A stretch of DNA of 64,000 nucleotides from Lama glama (taxonomy: Eukaryota): the NCBI GenBank assembly GCA_028534125.1, contig CM052832.1:13332001-13396000 (forward strand), given 5' to 3'. The translations under genes were made by a program, and so were the position numbers. The notes below the pieces were generated by a model. The model was not told the origin of the DNA, did no database searches, and saw only the letters and a program-made list of their open reading frames with translations. Below are positions 13,821 to 25,610 of this stretch, piece after piece (the first letter of the stretch is position 1; every line of letters starts with the position of its first letter).

Positions 13821-16800
13821 AACAAATTATTAAGTGGAATAAAGACATTGTCTAGAAGTAATTGGGTAATTTACCTTGTGTATTTGGATTCCTCAACTTT
13901 TCCCCTTCTATCAAAGGATAGATACTATTAAGTAATTAAAGAGTGTTTAAGTACCAGGAACTGTTTTGAGCACAGTTCATGTATTAATTCACTTAAAACC
14001 TTGTAACAACCCCATGGGGTAGGTACCTTATTTACTCCTCTCCCCCTGCCCCACATTATAATAGGAGTTATTTTTGACATTATAGTTTTAAGGCCCAGCT
14101 CATTTGAGAATATTGTACTTCCTCCTTTCTCCAATTCAGCAGTCTGTTATTTGTCTTGGCATGTTATCCCTTCTTCAGTTAAGCTAATTTGCCCTTCTCT
14201 CCTGTCAAATTCAAGTTAAGTCTGGTGTATTATTACTTCTTGGCTCTAGTTTTTATTCTGGTGTCTACATGTGCCTTCACTCTTAATTTTCTTGTAGGGC
14301 AGGTATGGAATGGCTTGAGGTGGGTTCAAGCATCTGACTTCTTGTCTTCTAGCAGTCATACCTAACATAAATACATACTACTTTATGAACTGCCTTCCTT
14401 TTATTTTTATATTATAGTTAAGGCTTCATCTTGATTTTGGGGGTAAATAGTGAACTAGAAAACATTTCACTTTAGAACAGTCAACATTTTACATTTACAT
14501 TATTATTTTTTTTTACAAGAAGGGGGCCCAAAGTCTGAGAGGGTTAAGACCAGTCTCCCTGTGTGAGCTTCTTGGGTAAAAGGGGGATAACCCCAACATC
14601 ACCGAGTTGATGAGAAGCACCATACATGTGCTCAGCACATGGTAATTCAATTTTACCTCCCTTCATGTCTAGCTGTCTGCCTTTTCCCCCCAACATCCAG
14701 CACTGTGAACTTGAAGGAGCAAAGCAGCACTTTCTGGTGAAAGCAATCTCATCTAGCTGCTAGGTGACACCAAAGCAGGTGCCCAAGGAATTCTGGGAGT
14801 TTTCAGTCCAGCTCCACAGCCTCTATACAGAACCAAACCAGAACTGCCTCTCTTAGCAAGCTTAAGAGGCAAGAACAGGAGTGGGCAGATGGTACAGCTG
14901 GTGGGCAGAGTCCCAGGCTAAGGGCACAGATATGCCTTGTTCCATATACAGAGAGGCCTGGGAGAACTGGGATAGAGAAGAGACAGACATAATCCTGACT
15001 GCTCTTCATAATCACCTCGGGAACTTTTAAAGCATGCAGACACCAAGTTCCCAGTTCAGACAAACTAAATCAACCTCCAAGGGCCGAGCTCAAATATTAG
15101 TTCTTGAAACTTCCCCCCTCCCCAGTGATTCCAACATGCAGCAAAGGGTGGGGGAAAAACCACAGATTCAGCAGTTATACCCTCTGAGGTATGTTTTTGT
15201 TATCCTCAACTTTACAAATAAGAAATGAAGATAAAAGTGACTTGCCCCAGACACACAGCCAAAAGACGGAAATTTGAATACAGGCTGGCCTAATTGGAAA
15301 ACCCATTTTTAAAGAGACACCTAACACTTTTAATCCTTCATCTTATCTTTCCCACCTGCCTATCACTGTGACTGGAGAAGCCCCTTTCTTGAAATCTGCC
15401 CACATCTCTTTAACCACAAATATGTCCCTCTTGACCTTGGACCCCTCAAATTAATGTCCCCTCAAAGTGGACAAGTCAAAAGTGGGTAAGGATCAGGGTC
15501 AGTGGAAACATTCCTAGTATGCACTGGGGGCACTCCTGCTTGCCCAGCACCAAAATGGGTCAGTTTTGCTTAAAAGCCATTCCTTGACTGCTTACTGCAC
15601 ACTAGTCATAGTGTTAGCTATCGCTTCCTAGGCAGTGTCATTCTGTGTTGAGTGCTGTATGTGCATCACATCACTACATTCTCAACATAATAGGAGGTAG
15701 TTGTTCCCTATTGTTACCCATTCTATAGATGAGAAAAATGAAGCACCAGAGATTTTGCAGCTGGTCCAAAGTTACTGAGTTATAAGCAAGGAAGCCAGGA
15801 ATTCAAACCCTGGCTAGTGGCTTCAAAGCCTTAAGACCTTAACCTTATACTGCTCCCTGGAACTACCACTGGATTAGCTGTTGGAGCAGTCCTTGTCCCA
15901 GCGTGACCTTGGGCAAATCCACCTTCTCATCTCTTAAAGGACTGGGACTATGGACTCTAAGGCCATTTCCAGTTAATCTGCACCTAGTCCTGCAACCTGG
16001 GTTACACTATTCCAGCTCAATCACTGCTGGGCTGTGACCAGTCTCTTCCTCAATAAAACAAGATGAGTACATTTGCCTTAGATTACTAACACCCTTTTAA
16101 ATTACTTTCTTCCTGTCAAGTCCAAAAAATTGGCCATTAAGGAACCAATCTTGGATGTTGCACATGGGAAGTACTTAAAAACCCTTCCTGGGCCCAACCA
16201 CATCCGAGAGATCCAACCAGAGACAAATACAAGGCTGGCCCATCCTTACCCTTTGCCCAAACCTTTTTAACACTCTGCCCTTTCAGCTTAGTTGAAAATA
16301 ACAGACTAATATAAAGCTGAATTTAACAACAACAACAACAACAAAAAAACACCCTTCCATTCACCTGTATAAGAATTAATCTAAATCATTTGAGGAAAGG
16401 AATGGAGCATTCTTCCAGGTCAACAGACTGCAGCCTCTGGAGGCCAGTTCAATTGCTTTAATCACCAGGTCCACTGTCAACATCTGAGTGATCACTCAAA
16501 ATGTGCCAGCAACTAAGAAATGCTGCATAATACTCCAAACTTCAGTCACCCAGGTTTTGGAAACAGAGAATGTGCTCTCATGAATCTCTAAAACAGCCTT
16601 TTCTGGAATTCTGGGGTGTTCTCTGGAAGATTCCATTTTTTAGAAAAGGAAAAAAAATTGTATTTTCTCTATGAAGTTGAGAAAGTTAATAGAAAGTTTG
16701 TTGTTTACCAGTCCTTATATAAAATGCAGTACTCACCAATGTTGCACTCACGTTCCTGAACAGGTTAAAATTGAGTGATGTCAAGACCAAGAGACTGGAG

Positions 16801-17388
16801 TAACCACAGCAAATAGTCACAGCTTTGAAGCATGCCCATGACACAAGGTTAAAAGGGAACATGGACAATCAGTGTCAACCCAGCCACATTAGTACAGCTT
16901 TGTCTTCCTTGACGGTAACATTTTAGTCACATTAAATTAAGCATCACTAAGCATCGGGATAAAGCTGGGCAGGCCTTTGTCAAGAAATATCTTAACTGAC
17001 TGCTTAACTGTGGTATCTGCCTAGATGATGACATATATGGTAGATTTGAATAGTATATACACCTCAGATGTGCATGCTTCAGATGTGATAAGGTTAGCTG
17101 AAGGACACCCGGTTAGCATTTCTAGTTTTATCAATACTTGCTTATCACAGTATGCTTAACTTTCTAGAAAACAAGAATTTAAATTACCTCTAGAAAGGAG
17201 GTAATTATTTTCCAGTGTATATGCAATATAATTTTTATCATGAGCATGTTTTACCATTAAGACATGCCCTAAATCCTGACAGTCACTGAATGGCAGTAAA
17301 ATGGCATGTTACGATTGGGTTGTAAAGTAAAAATGCAGTGAACAGAAAACAAGGGCTTTGAAGTATGGCCTCAGTGCTGAATACACTA

Positions 17389-17847
17389 CAGATCTTCCTC
17401 AACTTAAAATGGAGTTACATCTCAGCAAATCCATCATAAGTTGAAAATGTTTAATATGCTTACCTACCCAACAGTTTTAGCCTAGCTACCTTAAATGTGC
17501 TCAGAACACTTACATTAGCCTACAGTTGGGCAAAATTATCTAAGAAAGTGTTAAATACCTCACACAATTTATTGAATACTGTATAGTCAATGGAAAACAG
17601 AATGACTGTACGGATCCAGAAAGCTTCTTAAGTGTTTCAGAGTTGTTTACCCTCATGATCTCATGGCTGACTTGGAGCTGTGGCTTGGCTCACTGCCCCT
17701 GACCAGCACAAGAGTATCGTGCTGCACACCGCTAGCCAAGGAAAAGGTCAAAATTCAAAATTTGAAGTAATTCCTGCATATTGGCTTTCCACCATCATGA
17801 AGTCAAAAATTCAGAAGTTGAACCATCGTTAAGTTGGAGATCACCTG
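17389..17847 (+). mobile_element. TcMar-Tigger non-autonomous DNA transposon (MER47/Tigger5-like)
   Basis: Inverted termini cagatcttcctcaactta...taagttggagatcacctg with TA on both sides; internal cctagctaccttaaatgtgctcagaacacttacattagcctacagttgggcaaaat. Confidence 0.8.
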
Positions 17848-19331
17848 TACTTATTCAGTTCAATGAGGAATGAAGTGTCAGGAACTTTCTTCCGCCCTCT
17901 TTAACAAGGATACTCACCTCTCAAGTGATTAAGCATCACATAAGAAAAAGGCCCTGGACAATGTTTGGCAGAGCAGTACTCAAAAACAAAACTTCATTTC
18001 CTGGAGAACGTAACTGGCCAGAGAAAGAAGTGGTGGGGCAGATAGGGCAAAAATTAATCAATTTTTAAAAACCTTCCCTTCCTGACCACTCCAGTTCTTC
18101 ACCAAAGCTTCCAGCATCCTAAAAGGCAGCTGCTTTCAAAGATTCAGATGTTAGTCCTCTCCAAATTATCAGTGTTCACCTACTCCTTACTGGGCAACTT
18201 CTGCTCCCAACCTCACTTCTGGAAGCTAATTTCATGTCAGATGGATTGCCAACTGAAGACCAACCAGGATTTTCAGTAAATTTCTTGTCTCCATTAAACT
18301 CCAGACAGCTGGGACACATGAAACCAGCCATTTCATCCTTGGCCTTCCTGCCAGTACTGAAGCTGCACAAATTATCCCACACTGTTTATTTGAAGGAGGA
18401 CGGAAGAAAAGTACAAAATCATCATCAGACTAGAATCATTTCAAATTCATGAATTTAAGAGTCCTTTCAGTTTTATTTCCAAATCCTAGAGCAGATGTGC
18501 ACTCAATTTGTTCCTTACCTCTACACTTCTACATTATGACTAGATTAAGGTACTCATTTCTCCTTCACCTCAGATTCTTTATGTAGCCTTTATCTGTGAG
18601 CTCTGCCTTTAGTCCTTCCCCTACCCCCCAGTACCTTACCATCTGACTCCATTCACTTGTTTTCTATTGTTGCTAAGGGGCTTTTCAAAGGACCCTCAAC
18701 TAATTATTTGCCATCTCACTCCAGATCCAATCTTGGCACTCCAGAATGCCAAGATTCTTAGGGCATTTAAAAGCCCTACAACCAACAGCTCTTATTCTAA
18801 TCTAAAACAGGTGAACATGAAATTGTTTAGTTCAAGGCTTCAACATCCTAATACTGAACACAGATCAGATAGCTCATACTTTTAGATACTGAGCTGGTGT
18901 TGTGCCTTCTAACTGTACCCCCTTCCACATAAAATGCCTTTGTCAGATTACCACGTGGGAAAGGTGTGACACAAGATTAAATGACAAATCAATATTCCAA
19001 TTTGTATTTATTTGCAAAGTACTCTTGTTGAAACTTAACATTGATCATTTTATCTAAACTAAGTTTCATTATAAAACATATGGCAGAGCCAGCTGGATTG
19101 GGTTAAAAGTACCAGCTGCCTAAGTTTAAAAGGACCTAGAAATTGTTTCCTGAGGGAATTATTCTTTCAAAAATAATTTTTAGTTCTCAAAACAGTGCTG
19201 ATTTTTATACTGATCCTTTTCATTCCCTCTTTCAAATGATCAATACAAATAACCCCCACTCCCTTCCAAGGCAGCTTTCTTAAGCAATCTTTCAGCAACT
19301 TTCCCCCTTGACTGTAGTTTTGGGACTTGGC

Positions 19332-19385
19332 AAAAAAAAAAATATATATATATATATAATATATATATATATAAAATAAAATAAA
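19332..19385. repeat. A-run/(TA)n low-complexity tract downstream of SRSF3
   Basis: Direct reading. Confidence 0.9.
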
Positions 19386-19752
19386 GACCACTAAAGGATG
19401 CTGACTTGCCCTAAATTAATCTGAATGCGTTATGTACTGAAACGAAGATGCCAGTTCACAAGTAAGACTTCAAAAAGAAAGGGAAGTCACCTATAAACCA
19501 CTTTTCTGGAAGGCTTAAATTCTGCCCTGGAAATAAAGAACCTCTCCAAATTAAGTACTGATACTTAGCAAAGAAGCTAAGTATCAATGTTTCCAGAGAT
19601 TTTCACTTCAAGACTATAAATACATACACAGTTAAGGCACTAGATGGCCAGATTTTAAGACTTCAGTAAAATAATCATATAATACAATGTTTTATGCATG
19701 TCAGAGAGAACTAAGGAAAAACTAAAGATGAGAAAAGTTAACGCTCTACACG

Positions 19753-19758
19753 TTTATT
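19753..19758 (-). terminator. SRSF3: Distal polyadenylation signal AATAAA
   Basis: minus-strand gaAATAAAcgtgtagag followed ~20-45 nt later by U-rich ctttagtttttcctt; a further AATAAA lies at 19012-19007. Confidence 0.6.
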
Positions 19759-22114
19759 TCACGTGTTTAGTCTAGGAAACATTTTGGCTGTTCTCACGTG
19801 TTCCGTCCAGGTAGAGAAAAGAACTGGGATACCGAACAATGAGTCTAAATACTGTATTATGAATTTCTGCAGTCCCAATAAGGGGGTAAGTTGTATGAAC
19901 AAAATCAAGCAGTTACACTATGTTTATCAAGACAAATTTTCAATGTATCTTCTTAGAACCTCACAAGTATGCTGTATATAGCTGAATTCTTTTCAAGTAT
20001 TCAATGAATCTTTAACAGAATTAAGAGAATTTGTGTGGACACATAAAACTGAATTCAACACTATCAGATTGTTTTGATAAAAATATACTCCAACCCAGTT
20101 TTTCTTCAGCTACTTTAATTATAAAAATCTTTCATGTTCTCAAAAAAAAGAAAAGAAAAACCAGAAGGCAACAGTCTAGTACAAAAATATACAACTAGAA
20201 GACATTACCCACCAAACTAGATCTGACAACTAAATCATGTTTAGGATTCTGAAAATAAAAGCACATTTAAGACAAAGTACTAAACCAGTGGTTCTTATAT
20301 AACCAGGATGGGAAAACTAATCAATGTGCCTGGAATCAGGCTGTGATTTTGAAAACCTTCTGTAATCAATGCCATTCCAGATAAAGCGCTGTACGAATAT
20401 GAACTAATGACTACAATAAAAAGCAACCAGGATTTCTCATCCAGACAGGAGTCTAACTAAAAAGGTAGAGATGCCATCTACTGACCATGTGATCTTTTGA
20501 ACTGGAAAGAGTATAAACCTAGATAAATGGTATCTACTTCTCATAAAATTTCTCTAATTTATCTTTGTCTTCACCTTTTTCTGCTTAAGACATGGAAGTC
20601 ATAAGTAACCCACAATGAACTGAGAACTACAAAATGTTATATATTCTTGCAAGTATAAAAACCAACTATAATCCTCAAATGTTATGTTTCCTTACATTAT
20701 CACCAAGTATTAAGTGACCTCTAGTGAACACATGTAATCACTACCCCAAAAGTCAAGTTTTTGTGACTGCTTTCATTAACATCCTCAACTTAGGATGCAT
20801 GACAGCTGGCTAAAGGGACTTATAATTTCAGAAATTACAGGAACTATAGACCTTTTAATAGCCATAATGTAAATGTAGAATGCAAGGGTTTAACCATTTC
20901 TGTCTTCCTTTTTTTTTTCTACAAGCCATAAACCTGTGCTAGGGCTTCTGGTTAAAGTGATTACAAATTTGGACCCTAAGGTCAGATAGCTCCCTGAGGT
21001 TGACTTTTTATCAGGTTCTGTATTAGCCATATTATAGCCATAAGCTACCATCCTTTAAAAAAAAAAAAAGCTTTCAGCAAGTTGTTTACTGCCAAAAATG
21101 CCCTTATAAATTTGTAAGAGCAGTGTAATTATTGATGTACCGTATTACTTCCATGAATTATTAGCTATCTTGCCTTGCTCCTAACGAAGTTTAGGCTATG
21201 AAATGTCAAGACTAAAGGCCCAAAGCCAGAGCTCCCAGTAAGTCAATAGGCAGTCTCAAAAGTGTCTTCTATATTAAGACTCATACTGAACTTCACTGAC
21301 AATTCTCCCATGTCACCAGTAACTCTCTTCTCCCGATAAGGACCACTGGAAATAACTTGTTTAGAACCTACATCTTATAAAATATCCTTAAAGATTAAAG
21401 CAATGACTTATCTTTCATATTAAAGACAGTACAGCATAATCCAAAACTATCTTTAGCACATTTAAGGAAACTAAGCCACAAGACTGTTGCATTATGATTT
21501 AATCTAATTGCACAAAAATTTGAAGTCACAACTCCTCTAGATTTCTAAGAGGAAAGTTATGCATGCCTCCATAGTCAGTTCTGCACTTACATTTGAACCA
21601 TAGTGGATTTTACATCATGATGGATCAATCTAGAATTCCCATGCAACACCTCAAATTATATAAAATAGAAGCAATTTTTAAAGCTTTGTGGAAAGCTCTC
21701 ATGCTAATGATAAAAGCCTTTTTTATGGTAACTTTGGGTTATATCAGATGGCTGTACTTTAAAATGTTGGTCACTGAGTATCAAAGACTTTGAAGTGGCT
21801 TCTACTCCTAAAAAAAATGTATTACCACTTAGGTGGACAACCAAAAATTCCCTTTTCTTCAAAAGCCTCAATTGTGTTTCTTACAAAGTAAGATTTGTGT
21901 AACCAACTGCCTTTTATGGGACAAGAAACTATGGTAATAGTGGGTTTGACTATTACATAATTATGCTAATATTTTTATTGTCAAAAGCACTTTACAAGAA
22001 AATAAGTATGGCTTCCAATAGGAATGTTATACCTGGACTTGGTACCAAGCTCACAGATTTTACTTTTGCAAGGAAAAACAGGCTTTCAGGTTAAACAACA
22101 ATTGTAACCAAAAC

Positions 22115-22120
22115 TTTAAT
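22115..22120 (-). terminator. SRSF3: Proximal polyadenylation signal ATTAAA (other AATAAA hexamers at 22608-22603, 22595-22590, 22462-22457, 21979-21974)
   Basis: plus-strand tttaat; downstream GU/U-rich sequence on the minus strand (ttgttgttt...). Confidence 0.6.
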
Positions 22121-22890
22121 CCCAAGGATTCTCACAAAACATTACAAATGACAGCATGAAAAAAAATCTTGCACAGTAACTCAGAAGTTCAGCTCTACAA
22201 TGTACCCTTAAACTGGCAGGACACTGGTATCTTGGATAGTCTCAAATTTCCCAATAAAGAATGTTACAAAAAAGCTATGTATTCATATACAGCAATCACA
22301 AAAAGAACTTATGACCTAAAGCAAAGGTAAACTAACTTTCTTGAAACTTAAGATTCTACACCAACTGGACAACCTCTTGTCCAGTGTGAAGACTAGTGAG
22401 ATTTTAAAACCTCTAATCTAGCTTAATGGTGCAGCTTTAATTTTTACCTGCTGGCTTTTATTCATAGCAGCTTTAGACTGCTTGTTCAACTATAGCTGCA
22501 TACCATATCCCAGCTATGCAAAGTTGTTACAATTTTTGCCAGTTTTGTTTCCATAGTATTAATCACACTTTAGCTGGAGGAGCTAGAAGTTTATTATAGA
22601 GGTTTATTATGTCTATGTATGACTAAAATTCAAAGCAAATTCAATTTTGCTTAAGGGAACATTGTAAAGTAACAATTCTTGGTATTACATGCCTCATATG
22701 ATCCATTTTAAACCATAGAGAATTACATCTTTATGTGTCACTGTTCCAAGAGACAAACAAATGTGAACAGCTAAAACATCTTAAAAATGCACCAAGCTTA
22801 TGAAGTCTCAAACAAAACTTGAATTTTCTGTACATACTCCTGTCAAATGAAGTTATTTCCTGTACACCACTCCTCTTGCAAACAGGTCTT

Positions 22891-22918
22891 CTATTTCCTT
22901 TCATTTGACCTAGATCGG
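22891..22918 (-). CDS. SRSF3: SRSF3 exon 7 coding part (28 nt): RSRSNERK-stop
   Basis: tttag| acceptor; TAG at 22893-22891; total CDS 495 nt = 164 aa + stop. Confidence 0.98.
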
Positions 22919-23096
22919 CTAAAGAAACAGAAAAATAAAAGTTACACCTGTAACTTGATTACACTCTGATGTCATCCAAAGATTTTTCATGGTAAAGTTA
23001 TTAAAATTGTGTCAAATGGCTTAAGAGACGACCTGTTTGTTTTTAGTACATTACGTATGCAAGGTCTTACATGGCATAGATCATTTAAGATCTTAC

Positions 23097-23183
23097 CTAC
23101 GAGACCTAGAGAAAGAACGGGATGGCTTGTGATTTCTTTCCCGAGACAGCGATCTCTCTCTTCTCCTATCTCTAGAAAGGGAC
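23097..23183 (-). CDS. SRSF3: SRSF3 exon 6 (87 nt), RS domain: [28 protein letters not shown]
   Basis: ttcag| acceptor, TAG|gtaaga donor, RS dipeptides in frame. Confidence 0.98.
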
Positions 23184-23414
23184 CTGAAGTCAGAGAAAAG
23201 AAAAATAGGGCCATTCAGAACTATACACAACAAATATTTCCAAGTTTCTGAAAACTAAAAAGCTGGTTCATTCTTACAACTGGCTCTATATGCTATTTGA
23301 CTCATTACTAAAATCAAAGTCTATTACCAATAACCACATCGCTTGGAAAACACCTTAGGAACAGCAAAACACTTGCATGCCTAAGAATGCGGCCCCAAAA
23401 TGGTAGTTATTTAC

Positions 23415-23453
23415 CTGCTCCGGCTGCGAGAGAAGCTTCTCCGTCTTGGAGAT
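23415..23453 (-). CDS. SRSF3: SRSF3 exon 5 (39 nt), RS domain: SPRRRSFSRSRS
   Basis: cctaat branch-like motif, pyrimidine tract, ttttag| acceptor; CAG|gtaaat donor. Confidence 0.98.
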
Positions 23454-24327
23454 CTAAAAGCAGAAACAGGAAAATTAGGCTAACTGTCGATTAGCATTTA
23501 TGGCGTGAGGCATTTCCCAACTTTTCAATCTCACTGTTGGGCCCAGTGAATGTGCCGAAGAACTGGCACCCATCGTCCAAAAAATTAAAAATTAAAAAAA
23601 AAAGAAAAGAAAAAAAAAAGTATAGAAGGATTAAGGAACCAAAAGCTCAAGTGAAAAGCAGGTATTCCAACCATGGATTCACTTTAACAAAGAATGCTTC
23701 ACAGCAGATCTGTCCAATGCAAGACTTCACGTCAAACTAACTTCACTACCCAAACACCACACCAAAATGTAGTCCCACAAGTAGTTCCAAAAACAGTACC
23801 ATAAACCAGTATTTGGAACCCATGCAAACCTGTAAGTCCATGACAAGACTTAGGTACCAGGTGGATAGTGTAATTCTGTGAAAACGCGCTAGGTGTAAAT
23901 ATTGATGCCATTAAGTGCTACATTAGAACTGCATTTGTGATCGTCACATTTAAGAGTGTGTTTAGGCTTATCAAAATTACCTTAGCTTGGCCCACTTCAC
24001 CCCCAAAATTTAAAAAATTTGAGAACTGTTAGTAAAACCATTTAAAGGTGATAGGATACAACAAATTTTTGCTAGAAAAGAAAGCTAAATCTGTTAGAGT
24101 TATTAAAAATTTTAGTTTGGCATCTCACACATGCAAATAAGTTTCACTTGAAGGTCTAGTTACATTATGAGTTCCCTATCACCCTTAAAAGTTTTATTCA
24201 AGCAATATATATGTACGTTACCATTCAATTATGCACAGCCAGCCTTTGATCCAGAAAAAAGAATTACTTTAAGCCGCTTACTCCTTATTTTAACCAGCAG
24301 TAAACTGTATAAGCAGGAAAAACTTAC

Positions 24328-24785
24328 TAGTTTTTGGGTTTCAACAAGCTAGAAATGGTGAGGTGAGGCTGCCGGACTGACGGCCAGGAAGAATTTGCTG
24401 AAAAGGTTTTGCCAGATGTTGCGTTGGATTTAGTTGGTTGGCGAAGGGGGTGTTGTGGATTTTTCCTGCTTTTTTGTTAGCCGAAGGCTGCTGCTGTAGT
24501 TGTTGTGAAGACATTTGGTAAATAAACAGCTGAGCTGATTGGCCAGGAATGTGTGGGCGGTCGAGGTGGCTGCTGCCGATTTGGTTAAGGTTGGAGAGAA
24601 GGCTGAGAGAAAACAGCATGCTCGGGAACCAAAGGGCGGTGCAACCTGACGACTGGCCATGCCTGGGTCATGTGAAACGACACCAGCCAAGCTGAATGGG
24701 GCGCGCTGGTCACATGACGCTGAAAGGGCTAGTTGACTGGCTAATGCAGACTCAGAGGGTGGTGAGAAGAGACATGATGGTGACT
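24328..24785 (-). other. SRSF3: SRSF3 exon 4, poison (PTC/NMD) cassette exon, 458 nt; inclusion gives a 124-aa truncated product ending ...RVTIMSLLTTL*
   Basis: ttacag|AGTCACCATCATG acceptor; in-frame TGA at 24754-24752; donor CTA|gtaagt; CpG-retaining sequence matches the known ultraconserved SRSF3 autoregulatory exon. Confidence 0.95.
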
Positions 24786-25610
24786 CTGTAACGGGGTTCA
24801 TTTTTATTAATAGATGGACCAAAAAGCACAAAAAAAAATGAAAAACAAGCCATCAGTACAACCATCTATTAGCTAACAAATACTCTTTATTATGATGGGC
24901 AACAGTGTGTTGTTTTGTCTTTCAACACAGCAAAAGGGGCAAGATTTTGAACTCCTATCTCCTAGAAGGACTCCACTCACCTGTAAGAGGTAAATTCAGT
25001 CCTATAGAAACTATTTTGAAGTTTTGAGGAGATGTGGAGTCAGCATCCAGACAATACTGCCTGGCCCAAGAATGATGCCATTTTCAATTATAAAAAAAAC
25101 TGAATTCTCTCCTATTTGGGTTTGAAGAACAGATGACTGGGATTACTTTAGCCCCCTTTTTTGGTCAGTGACTTAAGTTAGTTTCAGAAATGATATCTAA
25201 TTTACCAGTTAACATTAAAACAGCTGCCTGTTTGATAAATATTACAATCGTGCTAATAGTAGAAAACACATTTTTGTGAAGAGCTAGAGTTGAATGTAAT
25301 GTCTATCATTATGGAGTCAAGAAATGGAAAAAGGCCTAAATTGAAGTATAAGGGAAGACTTGGAAAGATGCAACTAGAAGATGAACTAGAAGATAGATCC
25401 AAGATAGAAGTTACTGACTACCAACATGAACAGTGATCTAAAGACAAAAGCCAACACTCAGCACAACTCACATACCCCAAACTACACCCAGCAAATGTTT
25501 CATAAAAACCTCTGATTCTTCAGTTTAAAACCCACCAAAAACTTTAAGAGAAATACCTGCTCCTATTAGCTACTCCATTACATCAATACCTCAAAACACG
25601 CTCTAAGTAC

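Larger units (their letters stand above)
19735..22890 (-). other. SRSF3: SRSF3 3'UTR (long isoform ~3.1 kb; short isoform ends near ~22.1 kb)
   Basis: AT-rich, no recognisable interspersed repeats, from the stop codon to a distal AATAAA followed by a U-rich tract; 3' end approximate. Confidence 0.7.

Noticed and set aside
1..19000. CDKN1A-associated lncRNAs or miRNA expected by synteny
   Set aside because: No sequence feature I can recognise supports a call
23981..24025. Possible 45-nt cryptic exon (tactaacag|...AAG|gtaatt) in SRSF3 intron 4
   Set aside because: Branch motif is only ~3 nt from the AG with no pyrimidine tract between; kept only as a protein-binding motif
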